This document shows positions 19,205 to 29,092 of a stretch of 64,000 nucleotides of DNA, in pieces. This DNA comes from an uncultured bacterium (lineage in GTDB: Bacteria > Patescibacteriota > Minisyncoccia > Moranbacterales > UBA2206), in assembly GCA_903841185.1 (NCBI GenBank), contig CAIMIV010000059.1:32442-96441 (forward strand), given 5' to 3'. A program made the translations under genes and the position numbers. A model generated the notes under the pieces. The model had not been told where the DNA came from. It ran no database searches and was given only the letters and a program-made list of their open reading frames with translations. Every line of letters begins with the position of its first letter. Position 1 is the first letter of the stretch.

Positions 19205-19323
19205 ATAATTACCGATTCGAATCTACGAATTAAATGCGAATCTACAAAATTATTTTTTAAAATTTTATTCGCATGGGCGCTTTCGTAGTGCGCCTGCCTG
19301 CCGGTAGGTAGGCTTTTCGCATG

Positions 19324-20592
19324 CTATTTTTGAATCATCTTCACTGCTCGCCGCAAGATGCCAGCCATTACTTTTTCCTCTCCCGCCAAGTCTAGCGCCA
19401 AATTAGCCAGTCCCATCGGAGTGATATCTTGCGGATCCCGCAATTCTCCCGTAGCATCAATAATATTCACCACATCTTTCGGTTGCAAGAAACTAACCTG
19501 AGGCGCCTTCGCAAACGGCAAATCCTTTGTCCACTTAGAGCCGGTCAGCGCTTTTTTGATACCCGGCAAACCTGAGCCACCACCGCACAGAAAGAAGCGG
19601 GAAGGCAACACATCTGAACCGGCAAATTCCGCTAAGGACAATTCTACTCCGGAAAGCCAAACCGCGCAATCATCACTAAGCATTTTTTCAATTTTATAGG
19701 TGACGTCTCCACCCAGTCGGCCTTCGGCATATTTAATTTTCAAAACTTCTGCTTCTTCGAAAGTAATGCCCAATTCTTGCGCTAGACGTTTAGTGAAGGC
19801 GCGACCTCCCAGAGCAAACATCTTCGTTCCTTCCAAACCGCCATTTCGCACTACCGCAATATCCGTCGTACCTCCTCCGATATCAATAAAAATAGCATTA
19901 AAATCCAAAGCATCCTCAATACCCATTGATCGAGCGACAGCATAGGGCTCAGCCGCGATGCTCAAAAGCTCCAATTTCAATTCTTCCGCAATAGATTGCA
20001 AAGCACCCAAATGCACCATCGGCGCATAGGCATTGAAAACTGAAATAGAAACATCTCGTCCCTGGAAGCCCACCGGATTGGTGACGCGATAGCCGTCAAT
20101 GCGCACATCCACAATCGCTGCGTTAATCAATTTCACTTCAATTTCACTGTGCCCGGTTTCCCATGCCAGCTGTTGGCGAATGCGGTCAAAGGCTTTCCAT
20201 TGTACTTTTTGAATAATATTTTTTAGTTCCGGCAAATCAATTCTGATTTCCGGTTTTATACGTTCATAATGCACCGTAGTGGTGGTGCCTTTTACTAACT
20301 CACCCGCAATGCCCACGATGGCCTTTTTCACTTTTTTCACCCCCGCCATCAGCTTCGCCGCTTGAATAGCTTTTTTGGAATTTTCAATTACGCCGGCAAT
20401 GTCTGAAACCGCTCCACTTTGCATATCCCCCAGGCGTTGCCTGGCTCGTCCGACACCAGTCACAATGCCATTGCCAGTTTCCGCATCAATCTTAAAAACC
20501 AAAGCTTTCACCACCTCGGTTCCAATATCCAGAGAAAGCAAGTAGTCCGATGACCCACCGTGACTGCCTAAAATTTTAGAAAAAATACTCAT
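19324..20592 (-). CDS. ftsA: Cell-division actin-like ATPase, FtsA-like.
   Basis: 422 aa. Actin-fold phosphate motifs LDIGTEVVKALVF and FIDIGGGTTDIAVV, an SHS2/1C-type insert, and a C-terminal amphipathic tail (AGILRRAVKMIQK) as in FtsA. Confidence 0.75.
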   Translation of the reverse strand: MSIFSKILGSHGGSSDYLLSLDIGTEVVKALVFKIDAETGNGIVTGVGRARQRLGDMQSGAVSDIAGVIENSKKAIQAAKLMAGVKKVKKAIVGIAGELVKGTTTTVHYERIKPEIRIDLPELKNIIQKVQWKAFDRIRQQLAWETGHSEIEVKLINAAIVDVRIDGYRVTNPVGFQGRDVSISVFNAYAPMVHLGALQSIAEELKLELLSIAAEPYAVARSMGIEDALDFNAIFIDIGGGTTDIAVVRNGGLEGTKMFALGGRAFTKRLAQELGITFEEAEVLKIKYAEGRLGGDVTYKIEKMLSDDCAVWLSGVELSLAEFAGSDVLPSRFFLCGGGSGLPGIKKALTGSKWTKDLPFAKAPQVSFLQPKDVVNIIDATGELRDPQDITPMGLANLALDLAGEEKVMAGILRRAVKMIQK

Positions 20593-20828
20593 TGCTAGAT
20601 TAATTTTTATATTTTTATTTACAGACTTTTCTATGAATAATTTTTCAAGTGAAACTTTTTAATTTTGGGTTCGACGCAGTTAAAAATTTTGATGAATACC
20701 TTAGTATTCGAAAAACTTTTAACAAATCGCAGCCAAAATTTGGAAGTTTTTAACGAAAAGATTATTCTTAGATAAGTCTGCCTTCATTATAGAATAAATT
20801 AAAGATTTTGGCAAAGTCAAAATCCTAC

Positions 20829-20866
20829 CCAAAAAACAAGCCCTGTGCAAAGAATCTGCACAGGGC
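20829..20866 (-). terminator. Rho-independent terminator on the minus strand after the 82-aa gene.
   Basis: gccctgtgca, loop aagaatc, tgcacagggc, followed on the minus strand by a T-run. Confidence 0.5.
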
Positions 20867-20902
20867 CAAAAAATCATTGGAGGCAAGCTTGTTGCTAAAA
20901 AA

Positions 20903-21151
20903 TCAGCTACTCATTTTTTTCTGCGAGTCTTCAATAGACCAATCTTTGCCGACCAAAATTTCCACCGGATCAAATGAAAACTCATCCGCCTCAAGGGAAA
21001 CCAGCCTGCCATCCCCGTCAACCAGATATCTTTCCTGATCCACAATAATCACCGTTAATAATGATTTTATCGTGCCCGCTTTCAACAATTTTTCAAAATC
21101 CTGATGTCCGCGAAATGTTTTGATGACTATCTCCTTTATTAATTCGCTCAT
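20903..21151 (-). CDS. Hypothetical small protein.
   Basis: 82 aa, no motif. It has its own terminator. Confidence 0.4.
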   Translation of the reverse strand: MSELIKEIVIKTFRGHQDFEKLLKAGTIKSLLTVIIVDQERYLVDGDGRLVSLEADEFSFDPVEILVGKDWSIEDSQKKMSS

Positions 21152-21208
21152 GATCCACCTCTTGCTTGTTGAATTTTGACCCAGCTTTTCCCCGTAAAGA
21201 ACTACTAT

Positions 21209-21598
21209 TTAGGCTTTATTTTTTAATAAATCCCTAATTTCTTGCAACAACAGCACATCCTCCGGTGTCTTAATCTTTTTTGCATCTTCTTTTTTCTTGA
21301 AACGCGCCAACTGTTTCACCACAAAAAAAATGGTAAATGAGATGATGGAAAAATCGATGACGGTATTAAGAAAGATGCCATAATTCATGGTCACGGCCGG
21401 CACTTCCCCGGAAGCGCCTTTCAGGGTCACGGCCAGTTTGGAAAAATCCACCCCGCCCGTCAGCACTCCAATGGGTGGCATAATGATGTCATTCACAAAT
21501 GAAGTGACAATTTTGCCAAAAGAACCGCCCACCACCACACCGACTGCCAAATCCACTACATTACCTTTGATAGCAAATTTCTTAAATTCTTCAAACAT
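21209..21598 (-). CDS. mscL: Large-conductance mechanosensitive channel. The start is trimmed to [13 protein letters not shown].
   Basis: 129 aa. The TM1 signature [21 protein letters not shown], then TM2, then a charged C-terminal helix. Confidence 0.85.
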   Translation of the reverse strand: MFEEFKKFAIKGNVVDLAVGVVVGGSFGKIVTSFVNDIIMPPIGVLTGGVDFSKLAVTLKGASGEVPAVTMNYGIFLNTVIDFSIISFTIFFVVKQLARFKKKEDAKKIKTPEDVLLLQEIRDLLKNKA

Positions 21599-21617
21599 AT
21601 ATTTATTCTTTAAATAT

Positions 21618-22079
21618 TTATTTATTCCCTTGCAAATACCGCCGATAGACGTTCGTTTTTCTTTTTTCAAAACCAACTGATGCATACAGCTGATTGGCCA
21701 CTTTTTTTTGGGGCTTGCTAGTGAGATCCACAAATCGCATGCCCAGCGCTTCGCTTTTCGCAATCAACGCTTCGGTGATTTTTCTACCCAAGCCCTGGCC
21801 GCGATATTCTTCCCGCACCACCACGTCTTCAATAGTGCCACACAAAGCAAAAAGTTTATTCACAATCAGCAAGGTGCCCATCCCTATCAGTTGTCCGTTC
21901 TTATTCTTATCTCGCACGCTCATGATCACCCCACTGCGCATCACCACTTTGACTTTTTTAAGGTCAATTTTCTGCGCCTTGGGATTGAGTTGCACCAGCA
22001 GAAAATTAATATCCGCCATATCCGCTTGAGTTATATCATTTTCACCGATTGTAAAATTGTCTCCTGTTTGTTTACTCAT
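21618..22079 (-). CDS. GNAT family N-acetyltransferase. The start is trimmed to MSKQTGD.
   Basis: Acetyl-CoA motif A: [18 protein letters not shown]. Confidence 0.7.
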   Translation of the reverse strand: MSKQTGDNFTIGENDITQADMADINFLLVQLNPKAQKIDLKKVKVVMRSGVIMSVRDKNKNGQLIGMGTLLIVNKLFALCGTIEDVVVREEYRGQGLGRKITEALIAKSEALGMRFVDLTSKPQKKVANQLYASVGFEKRKTNVYRRYLQGNK

Positions 22080-22208
22080 ATGAATAAAAAAAATGATTAC
22101 TTTTTTCCTATCTCGATTATACCACAAAAAAATCCGAGCTTGTAGAGCGCCAGCCCATAAAAAAAGGACGGGCGAGAATTCTCTCGTCTGTCCTTTTACT
22201 AAGGCGTT

Positions 22209-22790
22209 TTATTGCTTCACTGAAAAAGAGTGTTTGGTCGCCACCGAGTTTTTCATATCAATAGACTCTATCAGGCAGAAACCATGCTTTTGCAGGAGAT
22301 CTCTCAGGTCGGCCATGGACCGGAACAACAGTTTATGATCCCGCGTGTTCTGTCCCAGATATTTTTCTATCGGAACCACCGTGATCAACTTCCCCTTGCC
22401 ATCCTTTTTCAAAACCCGCTTGATTTCTTTGAGCAATGGCTCCGGTTCAGCAAAATGCTCCAGCACGTGGGACAATACGACGTAGTCGAAAGAACTGTCC
22501 GCAAATGGCATTTTTAGTGCATCAACCCTGCCAAACCCAACATTGCGCCCAACATTCCTTTTCCTGGCGACCCTGAAAACCAGATCACTAGTATTGGTAT
22601 CAATACCAGTCACTGTAGCACCGTTATCAGCAATCAAGCCTGTCAAATAGCCCAGATTACTGCCGATTTCCAAAACTTCTTTTGCTCCCCCATGAAGAAG
22701 GCTTAGAATTCCTCGCGTCTCCCTACGGCGCACCAAGCGTTGATTGATTTCCACCAACGCAGCTCGAAAAAAGCTACTATAATATGACAT
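22209..22790 (-). CDS. Class I SAM-dependent methyltransferase (Methyltransf_11-like). The start is trimmed to MSYYSS.
   Basis: Motif I VLEIGSNLGYLTG, motif II/III around DYVVLSHVLEH, and a GIDTN post-I motif. Confidence 0.7.
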   Translation of the reverse strand: MSYYSSFFRAALVEINQRLVRRRETRGILSLLHGGAKEVLEIGSNLGYLTGLIADNGATVTGIDTNTSDLVFRVARKRNVGRNVGFGRVDALKMPFADSSFDYVVLSHVLEHFAEPEPLLKEIKRVLKKDGKGKLITVVPIEKYLGQNTRDHKLLFRSMADLRDLLQKHGFCLIESIDMKNSVATKHSFSVKQ

Positions 22791-22975
22791 CTTGATTACC
22801 TCATGAAAAATAATTATTGTTAAACAACCCTCTCCATCCATAATTGCTTAATTTACTCCCTTCTTTCGCTTTTGTCAATCTCTCCCAACTCTCCGTAAGG
22901 AGGAAATGAAAATGTCCGAAGAAAAATTCTTCGGACACCTCTTATGCATATCTCATTCAAATTACATTTTATATT

Positions 22976-23263
22976 TTATGCTTGAAATCCGATGCTACTT
23001 TTGGGCGCCTCAGCTTCTTCAATTTTTCCGTGCATGGTTTCGTATTTTTGCAGGTTCTCCCCCATCGCTTTGATCATCCGTTTGAAATGTCCCGGAGAAA
23101 GAATGACTCGGGAATTCAAAGTGCCGGTGGGCGGAAACACGTTCAAAAAGTCCAGGACAAATTCTTCCTTGGTGTGCAGGATTTGCATCATATTGGAATA
23201 TTCCCCCTTGAGCTTTTCGTCACTGGCTTTGATTTGAATCTGTTGCGATTGTTGTTCAGTCAT
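22976..23263 (-). CDS. DUF3467-like small protein.
   Basis: 95 aa. The pattern ..YSNMMQILHTKEEFVLDF..SRVILSPGHFKRMIKAM..YETMHGKI matches my recollection of the DUF3467 family consensus. Confidence 0.4.
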   Translation of the reverse strand: MTEQQSQQIQIKASDEKLKGEYSNMMQILHTKEEFVLDFLNVFPPTGTLNSRVILSPGHFKRMIKAMGENLQKYETMHGKIEEAEAPKSSIGFQA

Positions 23264-23310
23264 AGGTATAATTTTAATTTTTTTAAATAATTTTATTAGC
23301 CGCTAAAAAA

Positions 23311-24264
23311 TTAACTTGTCATGTAAGAATTTTTTTTGCCGGCATGATCTTTCGCCGAAACCAACTCCCGTAGTAGGACGTTCACAAAATCCATCGGCGA
23401 ATCGTTCACGATGACAACATCAAAAAGACTAGTGAAAGATTCCAGCACATAGTCCATGGGTCCGTCATGCAAGACCAGCACGTCATAGGAGTTCTTGAAC
23501 TTTTCCAGATCAACCGACACACCCTCGTTCAAAAAACCAATTTTGATAATATTATCATACTCAAATCCCTCGACCATCGCCGCATCACCTTCACCATCCC
23601 CCAGTAAGATGATGTTTTTTCTTTCCCGTAACGTCCCAAAAAATTCTAGCTTCTTTACGGCTGCATAATTCTTATTAAAAGTATGTATTATCGGTTCCTG
23701 AACTCCAACGGCCTTTCCCTTTTCATCCCATTGCAAAACATTGGAAACAATATGAATATTTTCATGTAAAACATTTTTATTTTCCAGATACATTTGAATG
23801 GTTTCAAAGCCCAATCCGGCCGCCGATAGAATGACCAGCGGAATATCCTGTTGATGCAGAAAATCCATGAATTCGACTGCCCCGGGACGAAGAGCAATCT
23901 TTTTCGACTGCGCCACCCGCGCCAAATCCTGTTTGGTTAGACCAGACTTCACAAGGAGTGCATAATGCTCACTCCACCAACTATGCATCAACACTTGTTT
24001 TTTCGCTAAAGGGATTTTCGGATCAATTTCCATCGGATGATATTTGTCATACAAGGCCTGTGCTTTTTCCGGATAATCCGGCGTCAAATATTTCTCATCG
24101 CGCAAAATTGAAATCAGCGACGGGATTTTTGTGCCGTTGACAAAACACGAGGTCAGCGTCTTGTCGAAATCCGAGACCACCTGCAGCCTTTGGGCTCCGC
24201 CAAGCGCAATCCGTTTTTTTAGCTCGGAAAGTTTTTCATTATTCGTGATGATGACGTTTTGCAT
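23311..24264 (-). CDS. HAD-superfamily pyrimidine 5'-nucleotidase (eukaryotic cN-III/UMPH-1 type).
   Basis: 317 aa. HAD motif I VVSDFDKTLT. Strong collinearity with cN-III (..YHPMEIDP.., ..PLVILSAAGLGFETI.., ..IHIVSNVLQWDEKG.., ..IIHTFNKN..). Confidence 0.7.
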   Translation of the reverse strand: MQNVIITNNEKLSELKKRIALGGAQRLQVVSDFDKTLTSCFVNGTKIPSLISILRDEKYLTPDYPEKAQALYDKYHPMEIDPKIPLAKKQVLMHSWWSEHYALLVKSGLTKQDLARVAQSKKIALRPGAVEFMDFLHQQDIPLVILSAAGLGFETIQMYLENKNVLHENIHIVSNVLQWDEKGKAVGVQEPIIHTFNKNYAAVKKLEFFGTLRERKNIILLGDGEGDAAMVEGFEYDNIIKIGFLNEGVSVDLEKFKNSYDVLVLHDGPMDYVLESFTSLFDVVIVNDSPMDFVNVLLRELVSAKDHAGKKNSYMTS

Positions 24265-24375
24265 GTTTTTTATATAAAAAATTCTACATCAAGGTTAGCA
24301 CTTTTGCGCAGAAAAGCCAACTCCATGAAAAAACCGCCGGCGACCCAATGGGCTCCGGCGGCATGAACAAGAAAA

Positions 24376-24642
24376 TCATTTGATTCTTAGTGAAGTGCGC
24401 TTTTTCTTTTTCGCCTTCACTTTTTTCTCTTGAGCAGGGACGAAACACATGCAATATTTTACACTGTCCACCTTTTTGCTCCATGCTCTTACAAGTCGCA
24501 TGTTGGTGCATTTATTCCTTCTGTTGAATCCACATTTTTTCAGCGCGCACTTCATATTCCACCTCCCAGTAATATTTTTAATTTCATAATATTTACCCAT
24601 CCCTTTCAGAATTTGATAGAAAATGCCTCTATTCTTCCGCAA
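24376..24642 (-). CDS. Hypothetical small basic Cys-containing protein.
   Basis: 88 aa. A Cys cluster (MKCALKKCGF..KCTNM..YCMCF) and a K-rich tail. Overlaps an alternative 75-aa ORF in another frame, so gene status is uncertain. Confidence 0.3.
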   Translation of the reverse strand: MRKNRGIFYQILKGMGKYYEIKNITGRWNMKCALKKCGFNRRNKCTNMRLVRAWSKKVDSVKYCMCFVPAQEKKVKAKKKKRTSLRIK

Positions 24643-24880
24643 TTTTAAAACAACTATCTTCTAGGTATACTTTATTTTATCAACAATGTAAATATTGACA
24701 GCCATCCATTTTTATCCCCTGATGAAATTTATGGCGCTTATTCCAACCCTATGAAACGCATCAATAAATACCAACTATACAAATCCTACTATAAAAAATC
24801 TAGGGCATCCAAACGTATTGGGTGCCCTATTGTGTGTGATATTTTTTCAGCCGCCATACCAGTACCTCCTTTTGAGAATA

Positions 24881-25123
24881 TTATTCTGCCCTAATCCAGC
24901 TGAGACATAGATTATCAAGATCTGTTCTCAGTTGTGCAATTTCTTCCTCACGAGAATAAAACAGTCCGTCGCAGAAGGAAGCGAGTCCTAGAGACAGAGA
25001 CCACTCGGCTGCAGTAATCTTGTTTTTCATCTCAATAATTCCCCACGGGCAACAACAATCACCTAGAGGAGCTGCCAATACAGACATATCAATATATCTG
25101 TCACTATATATGCTACCGCTCAT
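24881..25123 (-). CDS. Hypothetical small protein with a CCCPWG motif.
   Basis: 80 aa. A hairpin plus T-run lies downstream on the minus strand at 24799-24830. Confidence 0.3.
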   Translation of the reverse strand: MSGSIYSDRYIDMSVLAAPLGDCCCPWGIIEMKNKITAAEWSLSLGLASFCDGLFYSREEEIAQLRTDLDNLCLSWIRAE

Positions 25124-25328
25124 TTTTCCCCCCTTCGCCTATATAGGATCTATCTAATATCTCGAGATTGAGATATTTAATTAAAGAACACTATTCTCTA
25201 TCACAACGCGCCATTGTAGCACACTTTCAGCAAAAAGTCAATAGCATCATAAAAAAGCCCTTTAGACAAGGCTTTTTTTAGGAGGCGGTAATTTTTATTA
25301 TCATATTTATGAGCAAAACGACACCGGG

Positions 25329-25889
25329 CTAGCACTTATTCAATATTCCTATTACCCTATCATAAAACGGCTTGGCCAGTTCCTTGGCTTTGGCGGAAGA
25401 AAGGCGGGCAAATTCAGCTTCGAATTTTCGGCGCAATTTTTCTTTGTCTTTTCCCTCTTTGATAAATAGTTCCGCATTATTCTCGAACAGACTGATGCTA
25501 TCGGCATCCATCATCACATCCCGCTCTTTCGTTCCTCCAAGGCTGTGTTCCGCAATTAGCGTCTTTATTTTCACTATTACATCCTCATCAGCAAAGCCGA
25601 ATTCCCGCAAAAGTTTTTCCGTGAATTCAGCCGATCTTTGTCCATGCCACGCCAGATATTCCGCATCTTTTTCATCCTCTCCGGTCTTAGGCGGTTTCGT
25701 CTCCCCCTCCCGCAATGGAAAACAGCGTTCAATGTCATGACAAATGGCGGCCACATACATCACCTCATCCGCCTCCGGAAAAATCTCGCGCAGCCAAAAA
25801 CCGGTGCGCAACATATGCTCCGCTTCCACATTTTTCTCTTTGATGAAATATTCCAATTTGCTTGTGATATTTGCAAATTCTGTGATCAT
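25329..25889 (-). CDS. HD-domain phosphohydrolase.
   Basis: 186 aa. HD motif ..EAEHMLRTGFW..AAICHDIER.. Confidence 0.6.
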   Translation of the reverse strand: MITEFANITSKLEYFIKEKNVEAEHMLRTGFWLREIFPEADEVMYVAAICHDIERCFPLREGETKPPKTGEDEKDAEYLAWHGQRSAEFTEKLLREFGFADEDVIVKIKTLIAEHSLGGTKERDVMMDADSISLFENNAELFIKEGKDKEKLRRKFEAEFARLSSAKAKELAKPFYDRVIGILNKC

Positions 25890-25893
25890 GTTT

Positions 25894-26178
25894 TTATTTA
25901 TTATATCCCATAAAATAAGAAAATACGTAAACCAACACGGCAGCAGAAATCAAAGCAATCAATGCGCCAGGCCATGAAGCTATTTTGGGACCATTGATTC
26001 CCAATGTCTTCCTGCTCTGTGTTTCAGCTATATAAACAGATGCTTCCGCTCGAAGATCTTTGTTCGTATAAATGATTATTAAACGGACAATAGGAATAAT
26101 AACCATTGTTATAATAAACAGACCTCCTTTAGCATCTGACCTCATATAACTCCATACTGCTGAAAAAATAGTTTCCAT
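25894..26178 (-). CDS. Hypothetical small membrane protein (2 TM), 4 nt upstream of the HD-domain gene.
   Basis: 94 aa with two hydrophobic helices. Confidence 0.35.
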   Translation of the reverse strand: METIFSAVWSYMRSDAKGGLFIITMVIIPIVRLIIIYTNKDLRAEASVYIAETQSRKTLGINGPKIASWPGALIALISAAVLVYVFSYFMGYNK

Positions 26179-26282
26179 AGAATATACAAAATTTATTTTT
26201 TATAATTAAAGTTCTCTTTCTTGCACCGCTTTTGCCGGCTCCAGAACTATCACGTAATTTTTAGTGTTTTTCATATTTTCAA

Positions 26283-26897
26283 TTATTTCTCAATAAATTC
26301 CACTTCCCCATTTTTCACTAAGACCGCCTGATCATTAGTCAAGATCCTGATTGGATAATTTGTTTTTTTACTCTCTGTTTCAACTGCTTCCCAATATTCA
26401 TCTTGATAGTGCACAAAAACATTAAAATCAACTAAACCCATGCCGGAAAAATCTTCTATGCCAACCATGTTAGAATCTCCGTCCGTGCCTTTCCATCCGG
26501 CAGTTTCAATCGTTGGTCCGGCGATGATGCTGCCGGCGCTGACGCCGATATAAATCACACCTTCTTCAATTAAATCTTTGACTACTTTATCAAAACCACT
26601 TTCCCGAACGCACTTCAAAAGAAAGAACGTGTTTCCACCTTGGACGTAGATAATATCTTTGTCGGCAAGTGCTTTGCGAAGTTCATGCTCATCCCTGCCT
26701 TCAATGTCAATCTCCTCAACCTGCAATCCCAACTCAGCCATAGCAGCTCTTTCATTTTCTACATACGAAATATCCTCCTCAACTTTTGAAGCGGTGATGA
26801 TGTGCGCCAATTTAATTTGCCCAGCCGGCTTGGGAAGAATTTTCAAAATTTCTTCCCTCATATTCATCCCGGCTGAAGTTAGCAGAATTGTTTTCAT
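26283..26897 (-). CDS. Peptidase S51 (dipeptidase E-like).
   Basis: 204 aa, YVQGGNTFFLLK .. GVSAGSII, with the S51 catalytic Ser in GxSAG. Confidence 0.7.
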   Translation of the reverse strand: MKTILLTSAGMNMREEILKILPKPAGQIKLAHIITASKVEEDISYVENERAAMAELGLQVEEIDIEGRDEHELRKALADKDIIYVQGGNTFFLLKCVRESGFDKVVKDLIEEGVIYIGVSAGSIIAGPTIETAGWKGTDGDSNMVGIEDFSGMGLVDFNVFVHYQDEYWEAVETESKKTNYPIRILTNDQAVLVKNGEVEFIEK

Positions 26898-27010
26898 AAA
26901 ATTTCAATTACTTTTTATCCCGCAGATTTTTCGCTTGATCAAAGACTATCTTAAAATAGTCCTTGTTGATTATGATATTTATTGGCTAGTCAAAGGCAAT
27001 CATCGACTGG

Positions 27011-27634
27011 CTAATTGGGAAATTTTTCTACATAAAAAATAATTAGATTATATGCAAAATAAATTGTGATAATAAGCAATGCAATAGCTGAAAGAATAAG
27101 TAGTGCTCCAATGACGAAAAAGTTTTTAATTCTAAATTTTATTTTAATAGCTAAAAACAAATCAAAAACTTTACTATATAAATAGTTTAACTCAATCATT
27201 ATATAAACAGAAATAGCCAATGCAAATAATACAAACTTATATGCTATATGTAGATCAATTTTTATAAGGAATAGCGTAAAATATAATGGCAAAAAATGAA
27301 ACAAACCCACTGCAATATTACCAATATGTTTTATGTCATTTTCTACAAAACTTGATTGTTCTTCTTTTTTCTTCTCCTCTGCCTCTTTTTCCTCCCTCTC
27401 TTTTTCTTTTTTTATAACCTCATCTCTTTTTGCGTTAGAAATGTTTATTTGCTTTCGAGCAAAAAGCGCGAAACCAATAACTATACTTAGCAATAAAACA
27501 AATATTCCTAAATCCTTTACTGCCGCCCCACCCCTTTCGATATAGTCCTTCGAAAAAAATACATACAGAATAAAAATAAAGCCTACCACAATTCCTATGG
27601 CACCAAATATATCTTCTAGCGATAATTTTTTCAT
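27011..27634 (-). CDS. Hypothetical polytopic membrane protein with a KE-rich loop.
   Basis: 207 aa, 5-6 TM helices, an EKEREEKEAEEKKKEE loop. Confidence 0.4.
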   Translation of the reverse strand: MKKLSLEDIFGAIGIVVGFIFILYVFFSKDYIERGGAAVKDLGIFVLLLSIVIGFALFARKQINISNAKRDEVIKKEKEREEKEAEEKKKEEQSSFVENDIKHIGNIAVGLFHFLPLYFTLFLIKIDLHIAYKFVLFALAISVYIMIELNYLYSKVFDLFLAIKIKFRIKNFFVIGALLILSAIALLIITIYFAYNLIIFYVEKFPN

Positions 27635-27784
27635 ATTTTTTTAATCAATTTTTATCACGTATCTTTTTTCTTTGACCTTATAATCTTCCCGTAGATTAAA
27701 AGTTACTTGTACTCCCATTGTACCACAAAATAAAACAGGGTGGACACTCTTATGAATGTCCACCCGTTTGCACGCCATGTCATG

Positions 27785-28534
27785 CTAAAATGACTTGCTG
27801 ATGCCAATTCTTGGAACCAGTTCGTTTTCTCTGGAATCGCTGGATTTTGCCAATGACGGAAAGTACATGCTGACACTAGCATTGGCGGTTAATGTGTCAG
27901 AGATTTTCCAAGTTAATCCTGGGGCCACCAAAATTACGAGCGCCTTTTGTGCACCGTAACCTCCGAGATCTCCTTCAAACTTCGTCATCACATTTGCCTG
28001 CCACCGCTCACTGAGCTTGGCAGAAAAATTGATCCTGGGAATGAGATAGAGTCCGGTAGTTTCTTGACTGTATGTTCCGTCAACCGGCATATTGTACTCA
28101 GCCCTAAATCCTGGTGTGACAACAATACTACCAAAGTTGAAATCTTTGCTGATGTCGCCATTCAACTGCCAGACATCATTTTTGTGAAAATCACCGTTGT
28201 CTGGGAAAATGGAAAAGTACGAGATTCCCAATGTTGCCAGTCCGTAATGATACCACGCGCACACATCAACTTCCGTGGCAGCATTATCACCAATGCTCTG
28301 AAGCCCTGCCGGCAGAGAGCCCCAAATAGACCCCCCAAAGCCGTTTTTGAACTCGTGACCGATCTCTGCTTGAAAGACCGGGTTTTCGTAGGCTTGAAAC
28401 CCGTTCCCAAAAACATACGATCCAAGCCAATCAATCTTGGCATAGGAACCCTCCGCCAAAGCTGATGAGCACACCGTCAACATTGCCAGCACCGCAATAA
28501 TACTTGTTGAAATCGCACTTTTCATCTCTCTCAC
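27785..28534 (-). CDS. Secreted beta-rich protein resembling an outer-membrane beta-barrel (MipA/OmpV-like).
   Basis: 249 aa. Signal peptide ending ..SSALA. Alternating hydrophobic beta-strand periodicity with Gly/aromatic girdles. It ends in ..IGISKSF, a C-terminal aromatic residue as in OMP sorting signals. GC is visibly higher than in flanking genes. Confidence 0.5.
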   Translation of the reverse strand: MREMKSAISTSIIAVLAMLTVCSSALAEGSYAKIDWLGSYVFGNGFQAYENPVFQAEIGHEFKNGFGGSIWGSLPAGLQSIGDNAATEVDVCAWYHYGLATLGISYFSIFPDNGDFHKNDVWQLNGDISKDFNFGSIVVTPGFRAEYNMPVDGTYSQETTGLYLIPRINFSAKLSERWQANVMTKFEGDLGGYGAQKALVILVAPGLTWKISDTLTANASVSMYFPSLAKSSDSRENELVPRIGISKSF

Positions 28535-28665
28535 CCCATTCTGAATTTGTAAAAAAACTCATTGACATAACCATTTATGACAATATACAAGTATACACTA
28601 ATTAATTATTTTTGTCAAATACAGATACCCTTCGTTGTACCGCAAAATAAAAAATAAATTGGCAT

Positions 28666-29091
28666 CTAATCCTCGCTGTACGAGATGCCCTTTCTATAAC
28701 TTTCAATGGCTTTTCTGATATATGGGATTGTGTTTTCGGGAAGATTATTGCTATCGAACCAACTCAGATCATCACATTTTTCCGGTTCCATATTTTTTAT
28801 CTCTCCGTTCCATTTTTTCGCCGTCAAAAAAATACTGATTCTACCAAGCGCAACCCTGTGCATGATATGCACCACATCGACATCTTCCAATTCTATCTCA
28901 ATCCCCGATTCTTCTTTTGCCTCTCGCACTATTGCTTCCTTGAAAGATTCACCCTCATCAACATGCCCGGCAACAAGACTATAATTTCCATCTTCATATC
29001 CGGTGTTACATCTTCGCAACATTAAAATTTTCCCGTCTTTGATAAGCATCAGGTAGACGGCTGCGATAAGTTTAAATCGATCTTTTCCCAT
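28666..29091 (-). CDS. NUDIX hydrolase.
   Basis: 141 aa. Nudix box GHVDEGESFKEAIVREAKEESGI. Confidence 0.75.
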   Translation of the reverse strand: MGKDRFKLIAAVYLMLIKDGKILMLRRCNTGYEDGNYSLVAGHVDEGESFKEAIVREAKEESGIEIELEDVDVVHIMHRVALGRISIFLTAKKWNGEIKNMEPEKCDDLSWFDSNNLPENTIPYIRKAIESYRKGISYSED

Positions 29092-29092
29092 A

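Noticed and set aside
17063-19288. Plus-strand ORFs overlapping the 670-aa gene and its upstream spacer.
   Set aside because: They are antisense or intergenic and low-complexity, with no RBS.
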